Origin: Candidatus Latescibacterota bacterium
GTDB lineage: Bacteria; Latescibacterota; UBA2968; UBA8231
Direction of reading: 5' to 3'
NCBI GenBank assembly: GCA_965221775.1
Contig: CBDCSU010000004.1
Location: 832,001-896,000, forward strand
Length of the DNA stretch: 64,000 nt
Part shown: piece after piece, positions 17,636 through 26,678 of the stretch
How positions within the stretch are numbered: position 1 is the first letter of the stretch
How the letters are laid out: each line of letters starts with the position of its first letter
Notes under the pieces: generated by a model
Told to the model about the DNA's origin: nothing
The model's input: only the letters and a program-made list of their open reading frames with translations
Database searches by the model: none
Translations under genes and position numbers: made by a program

Positions 17636-18988
17636 TCAGCGCACGAGCCGGCGGAAGGACTCCTCCACCAGCTCGCACTCGATCAGCTCGTCCAGCCGCT
17701 CGCGGCGCAGTCCGTCGGCGATGACGGCGAAGCTCCCGCGGACCGCCTCCTCGGTGCGGTGCAGGGCCTCGTCGTCGTCGTGAGCGGTGTTGAAGAAGAA
17801 CCCCTGCGACAGGATCACGCCGCGGCGGGCGTTCTCCTGCACGAAGAGGGTGGCCACCTTGGGCATCAGCTCGACGGGCACGTCGAAGCGGATCCCCGGG
17901 TGGGCGGAGACGCCCACGCACTTGGCCGGCGCCCCGGTCTCGGCGGCGGCGGCGTCGACGCGGCGGCGGAAGTCGCTGCCGAGGCGCTCGAAGAGGGCGG
18001 GCGCGTCGAGCCGCTCCAGCTCGCGCACCGTGGCCAGGGCGGCGGCGGTGCCCACGTTGTCGTCCCAGTAGGCGCTGGAGATGAACATGCGCGCCATCGG
18101 CTCCATCACCTCCCGGCGGCCGACGACGGCGGCCATGGGGTAGCCGTTGGAGATCGCCTTGGCGAAGACGGTCATGTCCGGGGTGACGCCCACCACCTCC
18201 TGCACGCCGCCGAGGGAGACCCGCCAGCCGCAGGAGACCTCGTCGAAGATGAGCACCACGCCGTGCTGATCGGCCAGCCGGCGGACGCCCTCCAGGTAGC
18301 CGGCCGGCGGCAGCTCGGTGCGCATCGGCTCCATGATGATGCAGGCCACCTCGTCGCCGTGGGTCTTCAGCAGGTCCTCGAGCTGATCGAGGTCGCCGTA
18401 GGCGAAGGGCACGGAGGAGCCCTCCAGGGCCCGGGGCACGCCGATCGGCTCGATGCCGTTGAAGAGGTGCCCGTCGAGGCGCTCGGAGCCGAGGTTGGCC
18501 GCCAGGTACCAGTCGTGCCAGCCGTGGTAGCCGCTGAAGAGGACCTTGTCGCGGCCGGTGACGCCGCGGGCGATGCGCACCGCCACGGTGCAGGCCTCGC
18601 CGCCGCCCTTGGCGTAGCGCACCATCTCCGCCGACGGCACCAGGCGCACCAGCATCTCGGCCAGCTCCACCGCCGACTCGTGGACGATGGAGTAGATGGA
18701 GCCGCGCTCGATCTGCTCCTTCACGGCGGCGTCGACCACGTCGTTGGCGTAGCCCAGCACGATCGGGCCCACGGCGCTGAACCAGTCGACGTACTCGTTG
18801 CCGTCCACGTCCCAGATGCGGCAGCCCTTGGCGCGCTCGGCGTAGATCGGGCTGACACCGAGGGCGGCCCTCGTGGGGCGGCGGCTGATCAACTGCGTGG
18901 CGCCGGGGATGAGACGGCGGGCGCGTTCGTAGATCTCGAGAGAGCGCGCCACCTGCGGCGGCGCTTCGACTGCAGAAGGGGTCGTCAT
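17636..18988 (-). CDS. Class III aminotransferase (glutamate-1-semialdehyde aminomutase-like)
   Basis: AKGCRIWDVDGNEYVD, GYHGWHDW, LIFDEV, FAKAISNGYP. Confidence 0.92.
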   Translation of the reverse strand: MTTPSAVEAPPQVARSLEIYERARRLIPGATQLISRRPTRAALGVSPIYAERAKGCRIWDVDGNEYVDWFSAVGPIVLGYANDVVDAAVKEQIERGSIYSIVHESAVELAEMLVRLVPSAEMVRYAKGGGEACTVAVRIARGVTGRDKVLFSGYHGWHDWYLAANLGSERLDGHLFNGIEPIGVPRALEGSSVPFAYGDLDQLEDLLKTHGDEVACIIMEPMRTELPPAGYLEGVRRLADQHGVVLIFDEVSCGWRVSLGGVQEVVGVTPDMTVFAKAISNGYPMAAVVGRREVMEPMARMFISSAYWDDNVGTAAALATVRELERLDAPALFERLGSDFRRRVDAAAAETGAPAKCVGVSAHPGIRFDVPVELMPKVATLFVQENARRGVILSQGFFFNTAHDDDEALHRTEEAVRGSFAVIADGLRRERLDELIECELVEESFRRLVR

Positions 18989-20052
18989 ATCGAGTATCGC
19001 TCCAGCTTGTCCTCGTCCACTTCGACGCCGAAACCGGGACCGTCGGGCACGGCGATGCGGCCCTGCCGGAAGACCAGGGGCTCTGTGAGGACGTCGTCCA
19101 CCAGGCCGTGGTAGCAGGTGTCGCTGGGTCCGGAGAAGTTGGGCGTCGACGCGGCCAGGTGGGTGATGGCGATCGTCTTCAGCCCCAGGTCGTGGGAGCA
19201 GTGCATCAGGCAGGGGACGCCGAAGCCCTCGGCCACGCGCGCCACCTTCTGCACCGGCAGCAGGCCGCCGGCGGCGGGCGTGTCCGGCATCAGGTAGTCG
19301 CCGGCGCCGGAGGTGAGCAGGGGCACGGCGCTCTCCGGGCCGGTCACCCCCTGGTTGACGAGGATCTCCATGCCCGCCTCCTCCCGGCAGCGCACCAGGA
19401 CCTCGGCGTGGCCTCCGTCGCAGGGGTCCTCGAAGCGGTTCACCCCCACCGCCTTCATCCGCTGCATCACGTCGAAGGCGCCTTCGGGGCCATAGCCGCC
19501 GTTGGCGTCCGGCCGCAGCTCGGCCTCGTCACCGATCTCCTTCACCACCGCCTCGGCGATGGGCAGATCCTGGCCGGGGTCGTTGCCGGCCTTGGTCTTG
19601 AGGGAGGTGAAGCCCCAGCGGTCGACGTACTCGCGGGCCGTGGCCGCCGACTCCGAGGGCTCCTTGAGGCCCATGCAGGCGGTGAACTCGGCCTCCTCCC
19701 GCAGGCGCCCGCCGAGGAGGCTGCACACAGGCAGGCCGGCGCGCTTCCCCAGCAGGTCCCACAGGGCCATCTCGACGCCCGAAGCCGGCCCCGGGCCGGC
19801 ACCCGCCGATTTCAGCGCCGCCAGGGCCCCCTCCACGTCGTCGGCGCGCCGGCCCGCCAGCAGGTCGGCAAGGGCCGGCTCCAGGCTGGAGGTGCCCTCG
19901 CCCCAGCCGGTGAGTCCGTCGTCGCTGTCGACGCGCACGATCAGCCCCGTGGCTCCGAGGGTTCCGCCCCCTCCTCCCCTGCCGACGTACGGACCGACCG
20001 GCGCCTCGTAGGGGACGTGGACGGTCCAGCTCTTCACCTCACGAATCTTCAC
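18985..20052 (-). CDS. Mandelate racemase / muconate lactonizing enzyme family (glucarate dehydratase-related)
   Basis: EMALWDLLGK, LKTK, RPDAN, FEDP, VNQ, MHCSHD, PGFGVEVD. Confidence 0.9.
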   Translation of the reverse strand: MKIREVKSWTVHVPYEAPVGPYVGRGGGGGTLGATGLIVRVDSDDGLTGWGEGTSSLEPALADLLAGRRADDVEGALAALKSAGAGPGPASGVEMALWDLLGKRAGLPVCSLLGGRLREEAEFTACMGLKEPSESAATAREYVDRWGFTSLKTKAGNDPGQDLPIAEAVVKEIGDEAELRPDANGGYGPEGAFDVMQRMKAVGVNRFEDPCDGGHAEVLVRCREEAGMEILVNQGVTGPESAVPLLTSGAGDYLMPDTPAAGGLLPVQKVARVAEGFGVPCLMHCSHDLGLKTIAITHLAASTPNFSGPSDTCYHGLVDDVLTEPLVFRQGRIAVPDGPGFGVEVDEDKLERYSI

Positions 20053-20091
20053 GGTCGTCTCCTCGGCATGCGGCGAATCTCCGGCCTCGTC

Positions 20092-21174
20092 TCAATCGAT
20101 CGGGTCGTACTTCGGTTGCCTCGGCTCGCGGTCGCGGAGGAGGCGGTAGGGACTGCTTTCCAGAGGCAGCTCCACGCGGGCGCCGCCGCGCACGTGGGAC
20201 TCGATGAAGGCGAAGATCAGCTCCGTGTTGGTGCGCGACAGGCGCGCGCCTCCCCGGGGCGGCTCCCCCGTGTCGAGACCGTGGACGAGATCCTCGATGA
20301 GGCACACGGTCGAGCTCTTGCGCTGATACTCCGGGAAGGGGCTCCGCCCCAGCACCGGCCGCCCCCGGTGGTCCTTCCCCACCGGCTCGCGGATCTCCCA
20401 CTCCTCGCCGTTCTGCATGGCCGTGGCCACGCCGCCGCTGCATACCGCCTCGATCTCGGAGCCGCGGCCGCTGTTCAGCGCGTAGGCGGTGACTCCGTCC
20501 TCGAACTGCAGGATCCCGTGGCCGACGGGGTCCTCGGTCAGCCGGTCGCCGTCGAGGACGGCCTCGCCGTTGGACAGGTGGGCCTGCACCCCGGCCACGG
20601 GGCGGTCCGAGTGCAGGCGCAGGATCAGGTCGAAGCCGTGGCTGGCGCTGTTGAAGAGGGTGCCCGTCGAGTGCAGCACCAGCGACTGCAGCCGGCCGAT
20701 GCGGCCCCCGTCGATGACCTCCTTCATGCGGTCATACCCAGGGTCCCAGCGCCGGTTCGTGCCCATGTTGAGGATCACGCCGTGGGCCTCGCAGGCCTCG
20801 ACCATGGCGTCGGCATCGGCCATGGAGGCGGAGAACGCCTTCTCCGCGTAGATGGCGCGGACCCCGTGGGCGGCGGCGAAGACGACGATCTCGCAGCGAT
20901 GCTCGGGCTGCGTGGCGACGCTGAGGATCTCGGGCTTCTCGGCCTCGATCATCCGGCGGTAGTCGGTGTACTGGCGGTCGGCGGGGACGCCGTAGCGCTG
21001 TCCCACCTGCTCCATCACCTCCGGCCGCAGGTCGGAGCAGGCCACCATGTCGGTGCGCTCGCAGGCCTCGTACCCGGCGGCGTGGGAATACGGCCGCCGC
21101 GCGGGCGGCACCTCGTTGTCGATGAAGGCGCCCATGCGGCTGCAGCCGACGAGGGCGGCGCGGTAGCGTTGCAT
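20092..21174 (-). CDS. Gfo/Idh/MocA family oxidoreductase
   Basis: LVGCSRMG, YAEKAF, NRRWDP, SHGFD. Confidence 0.9.
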   Translation of the reverse strand: MQRYRAALVGCSRMGAFIDNEVPPARRPYSHAAGYEACERTDMVACSDLRPEVMEQVGQRYGVPADRQYTDYRRMIEAEKPEILSVATQPEHRCEIVVFAAAHGVRAIYAEKAFSASMADADAMVEACEAHGVILNMGTNRRWDPGYDRMKEVIDGGRIGRLQSLVLHSTGTLFNSASHGFDLILRLHSDRPVAGVQAHLSNGEAVLDGDRLTEDPVGHGILQFEDGVTAYALNSGRGSEIEAVCSGGVATAMQNGEEWEIREPVGKDHRGRPVLGRSPFPEYQRKSSTVCLIEDLVHGLDTGEPPRGGARLSRTNTELIFAFIESHVRGGARVELPLESSPYRLLRDREPRQPKYDPID

Positions 21175-21177
21175 TGC

Positions 21178-22692
21178 TCAGCTCCCGGGAGAGGTCGGCG
21201 CTTCGGAGTCGAAGAGGGACTCGTCGAAACGCCCCTCTTCGTCGAGGGGAAATACGCGGCGCCCCAGGTTCGTGAAGGTCACCGCCTGGGGGGAGTGAAC
21301 CGAGGACTCCCCCACGAGGTGCACGGCCCCGGCCCACGACTCGAAGCCGGCGCGGAAGTGGGCGGCGGACTTGACCCCCACGTAGCGCATGCTCCGCGGG
21401 TCCAGGCCGAGGGTGCGGGCGAAGGCGGTGTCGAAGGGCTGCTCGCGCTCGTTCACCAGCAGCACGTGCACGCCGTCCTGCTCGACGTGGGCGGAGGGTC
21501 CCATGCTCGCCTCCAGGCCGGCGAAGATCGGCCCGTCGTAGAGGAAGGAGCCGTCGCTCACGGCGATCACGCGGGCCTTCATCGGCACCGGCTCGCCCTG
21601 CAGAGGATGGGACTTGCCGCCCACCCGCAGGTCCAGAGTGCCGCCGGCGCCGGCGGCATGGCAGGCGGCCACCGACTCCGGGTCGACGATGTAGAGGACG
21701 CAGGCCTCGCGCAGGCCGGCCTCGACGAAGGCCCGCAGCATTCCCGTGCTGTCCCCCGGGGAGCCGCCGCCGGTGTTGTCGTCGCGGTCGGCGAGGACAG
21801 CCGGATAGCGGCCGTCGGCCTCGACCTGCCTCAGCACCTCCCGCGTCGAGCGGCGGGGCTCGTGCCAGTCGCGGCGCCGCTCCCAGATCCAGCCGCCCAG
21901 CTCGTCGGCGCAGGCCTGGGCCAGCGCCCCGTCGCCGTCGGTCACCACCGTCACCGAGGCACCCATGCAGGGCACGTCGGCCAGGGGAAAGCAGGTCGAC
22001 ACCGAGGCGCAGACCACCCCCGGCCGGGCCTCGATCCCGTGGAGCCGCTCGATCGTCTCCCGCATCGGCGGGTGGGCGGTGACCTGGTGCATCCCCCACA
22101 TCATCGGCACCGGGTGGAAAGCCATCGTGGGTCTCAGCCCGTCGCGGACGATGCGCACCAGCACGTCGGCGCACTCGCGGCCGCGCTCGGCCATGTCCAC
22201 CTCCGGGTAGCTCTCGCGGCCGATGAGCACGTCGGCGGCGGCCACCATCTCCGCCGACATGTTGGTGTGGATGTCGAGGGCGGCGACCACCGGCATGTCG
22301 GGGCCCACGACCTCGCGGACCCGGCTGAGGATGTGGCCGTCCGCGTCGTCGATGCCCTCGGCGGCCATGGAGCCGTGCAGCTCCAGAAGCACGCCGTCGA
22401 TCCCGCTGGCGGCGCGGATTCCGTCGAGCAGCTCGCCGAGGATCTCGTCGAAGAGGGGGCGCGGCGTGGGCGCGCTCGGATGGGGCTCGGCGTGGATCGT
22501 GGGGACCAGCTCGAAGCGGTGGGCCTCGGCCCCCTCGATGAAGCCGCCCATGGGGCTGTTGGTGCCGCGGAAGGTGCGGATCAGCTCGTCGCCGCGCAGG
22601 TAGCCGAAGCGGGCGTCGTAGTTGCCGCGCTCGGTGGGCACCGGCGTGAAGGTGCTCGACTCGTGGCTGATGGTGCCGGTGGCGACGCGCAT
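21178..22692 (-). CDS. M81 family metallopeptidase (MlrC-like)
   Basis: ISHESSTF, LELHGSM, LDIHTN, DNTGGG, VKSAAHFRA. Confidence 0.93.
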   Translation of the reverse strand: MRVATGTISHESSTFTPVPTERGNYDARFGYLRGDELIRTFRGTNSPMGGFIEGAEAHRFELVPTIHAEPHPSAPTPRPLFDEILGELLDGIRAASGIDGVLLELHGSMAAEGIDDADGHILSRVREVVGPDMPVVAALDIHTNMSAEMVAAADVLIGRESYPEVDMAERGRECADVLVRIVRDGLRPTMAFHPVPMMWGMHQVTAHPPMRETIERLHGIEARPGVVCASVSTCFPLADVPCMGASVTVVTDGDGALAQACADELGGWIWERRRDWHEPRRSTREVLRQVEADGRYPAVLADRDDNTGGGSPGDSTGMLRAFVEAGLREACVLYIVDPESVAACHAAGAGGTLDLRVGGKSHPLQGEPVPMKARVIAVSDGSFLYDGPIFAGLEASMGPSAHVEQDGVHVLLVNEREQPFDTAFARTLGLDPRSMRYVGVKSAAHFRAGFESWAGAVHLVGESSVHSPQAVTFTNLGRRVFPLDEEGRFDESLFDSEAPTSPGS

Positions 22693-22796
22693 GAGGGCCT
22701 TCGTGGGAACGGGTGCGGAGGCCGTAGTATAGGACCTTGGCAGGAGGCTGGGCGAGGGCTGCACCGGCGCCGCGGCTCTCGCCGCGACACCCGTCG

Positions 22797-23630
22797 TCAG
22801 CGCGGCAGGAGGTGCTTGATCCGCCCCCATCCCGCGGGGGACGCCTGGGTGTCCGTTGGCTCCAGGCCTACCAGCACCGCCGGCGCGAAACCGGTGGCGT
22901 CCTCCTGCAGACCCCTGGCCCCGCCAAGGGAACCATAGTAGATGACACTGTAGCAGTTGGAACGTCGATCGCCACTGTCGGCGGCGAGCACGGCCAGGGT
23001 GATGGTATCACCGATCCTCAGGTCGGAGCGTACGCTCTCCCCGGGGCCCGCATCGCTCACCACGTCGAACACGGTGAGCGACAACTCGACGCGCGTCACC
23101 TTCTCATCCGGGTCCAGAGCGGCCACTCCGTGGATGAACTCCGCCGTGTTCCGCCATTGGCCCACAGCTCCGGTGTAGCGGACCGAGAGACCGTCCTCGG
23201 CGAAGGGAAGCACCTCGACTCGCTGCGCCGTGGCGGCGTCCGAGGCGACCTCCTGTGACGTCACCTCGATCATGAACTCGAACTGGCCGTCGCGCCAGAT
23301 GTCGAAGGGTCGATCGGAGATCTCATGATCGATTCGCTCGAAGGCGACGAGCACGCGCTCCGGCGGCAGCACGGCCATCCAGATCTCGATCCAAAAAAGC
23401 TGCAGGCAGAACGCATAGTCGGATTCGGTGGGGTCACCCCATGTGTCGGCTACCGTCAGGATCGGCGGACCGATGGCCTGCCGCCAGTCCGCCAGGTCAC
23501 CGTCCAACTGGATGGCATCGGCGTCCGTCAGCACCGGGATCTCGAGCGGCGGCAGGACCGGAGGATCCCCGGCCGAGCAGATCCCTGGCAGCGCGGCGAA
23601 CAGGACGACGGCCGTCACGCTTCTCAGCAT
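22797..23630 (-). CDS. Secreted protein, CBM9/DOMON-like, with C-terminal WGRIK tail (paralog 2)
   Basis: Signal peptide MLRSVTAVVLFAALPGICSA; IQLDGDLADW; ends TDTQASPAGWGRIKHLLPR. Confidence 0.75.
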   Translation of the reverse strand: MLRSVTAVVLFAALPGICSAGDPPVLPPLEIPVLTDADAIQLDGDLADWRQAIGPPILTVADTWGDPTESDYAFCLQLFWIEIWMAVLPPERVLVAFERIDHEISDRPFDIWRDGQFEFMIEVTSQEVASDAATAQRVEVLPFAEDGLSVRYTGAVGQWRNTAEFIHGVAALDPDEKVTRVELSLTVFDVVSDAGPGESVRSDLRIGDTITLAVLAADSGDRRSNCYSVIYYGSLGGARGLQEDATGFAPAVLVGLEPTDTQASPAGWGRIKHLLPR

Positions 23631-23668
23631 GGGCGCCTCAGAGCGGCGTGTGGAACGCCAGCCGGAGA

Positions 23669-24505
23669 CTACCATCTCAAAACCCGCTTGAGCGAGCCCC
23701 ATCCCGAGGGCCGCACCGCCGTCGGAGGCGGCTCCACACCGGTCAGGATCGCAGTGCCGAAACCGCTGGCGTCCTTGCGCAAGTCCCTGGCGAGAGTGGC
23801 TGGATACGTGATGACCGCGACGCACGCGTCACAGGGATCGACATCGACGCCTATCACACCCAAGGTGATGACATCGCCTACCTTCAGGGCCGATCGAACG
23901 CTCTCCTGGAGCCCCATGTCGCTGACCACGTCGAACACGGTGAGCGACACCTCCCCGCGCGTCCCGATCTCACCATATGCCTTGGGCGGGTCCGAGTCGG
24001 TCACCCCGTGGATGAACTCCGTCGTGTTTCTCCACGCGCCCGCGGCTCCGGTGTAGCGGACCGAGAGGCCGCCCTCCGCAAAGGGCAGCACCTCGACTCG
24101 CTGCACCGTGGCCGCGTCCGAGGCGACCTCCTGCGGAGCCACCTCGACCATGAACTCGAACTGGCCGTCGCGCCACCCATCGAACACCCGATCGGAGATC
24201 TCCGTGTCCCGCCTCTCAAAGGCGAGGAGCAGGCGATCCGGCGGCAGCACGGCAATCCAGACTTCAAGCCGGTAATCCAACACGTCGCTCACGCCGTCGC
24301 CCTCGGTGACGTCCCCCCACATGTCGATCATCGCGAGCGTCGGCGGACCGATGACCTGCCGCCAGTCCGTCAGGTCACCGTCCACCTGGATGGCATGGGC
24401 GTCCGTCAGCACCGGGATCTCGAGCGGCGGCAGGACGGGGGCCTCCCCACCGAAGCACATGAGCGGAAACACGACAAGAAGAAGGATTGATGTTCGGGCC
24501 TTCAC
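23669..24505 (-). CDS. Secreted protein, CBM9/DOMON-like, with C-terminal WGSLK tail (paralog 1)
   Basis: Signal-like MKARTSILLLVVFPLMCFG; IQVDGDLTDW; ends TAVRPSGWGSLKRVLRW; GTG start inferred. Confidence 0.75.
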   Translation of the reverse strand: MKARTSILLLVVFPLMCFGGEAPVLPPLEIPVLTDAHAIQVDGDLTDWRQVIGPPTLAMIDMWGDVTEGDGVSDVLDYRLEVWIAVLPPDRLLLAFERRDTEISDRVFDGWRDGQFEFMVEVAPQEVASDAATVQRVEVLPFAEGGLSVRYTGAAGAWRNTTEFIHGVTDSDPPKAYGEIGTRGEVSLTVFDVVSDMGLQESVRSALKVGDVITLGVIGVDVDPCDACVAVITYPATLARDLRKDASGFGTAILTGVEPPPTAVRPSGWGSLKRVLRW

Positions 24506-24706
24506 CAACAGTCTCCGCTCCCTGTTCGCGCATGGCTCCACTATGGAAGATCCGACTTGCACTTGAGTGTATCTCACCATCCGGCCCGCGTCTTGCGCCT
24601 GAGTGGCAGGGCAAGCCCCGCTCACCAGATCCCGTAAGATGTGCTGTGAAGGTAACAGTTGCCTGAACCGGCCTCCATGTGCCCAGGCCTTGGCGCATGC
24701 CATCGG

Positions 24707-24742
24707 TTGGCCCGCTCCGTGAGAGCGGCTACCATTGGCGCC
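24707..24742 (+). promoter_or_regulatory. Sigma70-type promoter, probably leaderless, for the aldolase-dehydrogenase operon
   Basis: TTGGCC (24707-24712), 17 nt, TACCAT (24730-24735), 7 nt, GTG (24743); no SD. Confidence 0.55.
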
Positions 24743-25522
24743 GTGATCTTCGACGGCATCGACGACTTCCGCCGCCGGCTGCAATCCGGCGAGACCCTGG
24801 TGGGCACCACCCTGACCCTCACCGATCCCCAGGTCTGCGAGGCCCTGGCGGACATGGTCGACTTCCTGTGGATCGACCTGGAGCACTCCGCCATGGGGCC
24901 GGAGGCGATGCGCACCCACCTGATGGTGGCCCGGGGCCGCCGCCGCGCCGTCTTCGTGCGCGTGCAATCCTCCGACACCGCCTCGATCAAGCCGGTCCTC
25001 GACGCCGGCGCTCCCGGCATCGTCGTCCCCCAGGTCGCCTCCGCCGCTGAGGTCGAGGCCGTGGTCGCCGACTGCCGTTACCCGCCTGCCGGCCGCCGAG
25101 GCTTCGGCCCCCTCGTGGCCTCCGACTACGGCCGCCTGGGCGGTCCCGGCTACCCGGAGCTGGCGGACCGAAGCCTCTTCGTCTCGGTCATGATCGAGCG
25201 GGTCGAGGCGGTGGAGGCGATCGACGAGATCGTCGCCGTGCCCGGCCTCGACTCGGTGGTCCTCGGGCCGAACGACCTGTCCGGTTCGCTGGGCCTCCTC
25301 GGGCAGGTGGAGCACCCCGACGTGGTGGCCGCCATGGAGCGCGTCATCGCCGCGGCCACCGCCCGCGGTCTGCCGGTGGGCTCGGGCATGCCCGTCGACC
25401 TGGAGTACGCCGAGGTCCAGGCGCGGCGCGGCGTGCAGTGGCTGCAGATCGGCGGCGACCTCCCCCACATGATGCTCGCCGTGGACGACACGGTGAAGAC
25501 GGTCCGCCAGCGGCTGGCGTGA
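24743..25522 (+). CDS. HpcH/HpaI aldolase family protein
   Basis: DFLWIDLEHS, VLDAGAPG, YPPAGRRGFGP, MIE, GPNDLS. Confidence 0.92.
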   Translation: MIFDGIDDFRRRLQSGETLVGTTLTLTDPQVCEALADMVDFLWIDLEHSAMGPEAMRTHLMVARGRRRAVFVRVQSSDTASIKPVLDAGAPGIVVPQVASAAEVEAVVADCRYPPAGRRGFGPLVASDYGRLGGPGYPELADRSLFVSVMIERVEAVEAIDEIVAVPGLDSVVLGPNDLSGSLGLLGQVEHPDVVAAMERVIAAATARGLPVGSGMPVDLEYAEVQARRGVQWLQIGGDLPHMMLAVDDTVKTVRQRLA

Positions 25523-26580
25523 ACCTCCTCCCGGCGCAGGCCCTGCGCGATCTCGGCGTCGAGTTGTTCCATGCCTGCGGCGCCCCCGCCGCCGAGGCCG
25601 CCCTCGTGGCCGACCACCTCGTGGAGGCCAGCCTCATGGGCATCGACTCCCACGGCGTCGTGCGCTACGTGATGTACGTGGAGCACTGCCTCGACGGCAC
25701 CATCCGGCCCGGCGCCCCGGCGCGGATGGTGGACGGCCGCGGCCGGGTGGCCGTGGTCGACTGCGGCATGAACTTCGGACAGGTCGGCGCTCACTACATC
25801 ACGAACCTGGTAAGCAAAGACGCCCGCGCCGGGGGCATCGCCTTCGCCGTCAGCCGCCGCTGCCATCACGTGGGCCGCCTCGGCGCCTACCCGCAGAAGC
25901 TGGCCGAGGCCGGCCTCTTCGCGCTGGCCGTGGCCAACAGCCACCGGCACGGCCACTTCGTCGTGCCCTGGGGCGGACGGGAGGGCCGGCTGGCCACCAA
26001 CCCCCTGGCCTGGGCGGCGCCGACGGGAGGCGATCCCCTGTTGCTGGACATGTCGACGAGCATGGTCCCGGAAGGCCGGATCCGCACCGCCCTGCACGCC
26101 GGAGAGCGGCTGCCCGAGGGCCGCATCCTCGACGGAGACGGCCGCCCCACGGTCGACCCCGCCGACTTCTACGGGCCGGGCGAGGGACCGCCCGCCGGCG
26201 CCATCCTGCCCTTCGGCGGCGACCTCGGGTACCGCGGCTTCGGGCTGAGCCTGCTGGTGGAGGTCCTCGGCGCGGCGATCGCGGGAGAGCCGCTGGCCGA
26301 ACCCGACGACGGCCGCTACATCAACGGCTTCGGTATCCTCGCCATCGACCCGGCGGCGCTGGCCGGCTCGGGGGACCGTTTCCAGGAGCTGACCGGCGAG
26401 CTGCGGGACTACGTGCGCAGCTCCGCACCGGCCCCCGGCTTCGAGGAGGTCCTCATGCCGGGAGAGCGGGAGTTCCGCACCTTGAGGGAGCGCCGGCGCG
26501 AGGGCATCCCCCTGCCGGAGGAGAGCTGCCGCCTCATCGCCGGGGTGGCCGAGCGGGTGGGGGTCCGGGTGCCGTGGTGA
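25519..26580 (+). CDS. Ldh_2 family (type 2 malate/L-lactate/sulfolactate) dehydrogenase
   Basis: GIDSHG, HHVGRLG, LATNPLA, LDMSTS, YRGFGL, MPGERE; GTGA overlap with the aldolase. Confidence 0.92.
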   Translation: MNLLPAQALRDLGVELFHACGAPAAEAALVADHLVEASLMGIDSHGVVRYVMYVEHCLDGTIRPGAPARMVDGRGRVAVVDCGMNFGQVGAHYITNLVSKDARAGGIAFAVSRRCHHVGRLGAYPQKLAEAGLFALAVANSHRHGHFVVPWGGREGRLATNPLAWAAPTGGDPLLLDMSTSMVPEGRIRTALHAGERLPEGRILDGDGRPTVDPADFYGPGEGPPAGAILPFGGDLGYRGFGLSLLVEVLGAAIAGEPLAEPDDGRYINGFGILAIDPAALAGSGDRFQELTGELRDYVRSSAPAPGFEEVLMPGEREFRTLRERRREGIPLPEESCRLIAGVAERVGVRVPW

Positions 26581-26678
26581 ACCCGCCGCCGCCCCGCACT
26601 CGTTTGACAGCCCCGTCGGAGCCGCACAGGTTGGGGCCCTCCATCAGCATGAAATAACCGGTTGCGGAGGCGGGGGAC

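Noticed and set aside
17636-18988. hemL assignment
   Set aside because: GSA-aminomutase-like fold, but it has an SSAYW segment in place of the HemL GTxSGNP motif and a catabolic context, so no symbol was given.
21178-22692. Microcystin degradation (mlr) cluster
   Set aside because: Only an M81/MlrC-family gene is present; mlrA, mlrB and mlrD are absent.
19108-22938. 1276-aa plus-strand ORF, and similar long ORFs at 44130-47333, 11083-13422 and 52936-56244
   Set aside because: These are antisense or off-frame shadows of well-supported genes in high-GC DNA, with no motifs and biased low-complexity composition.
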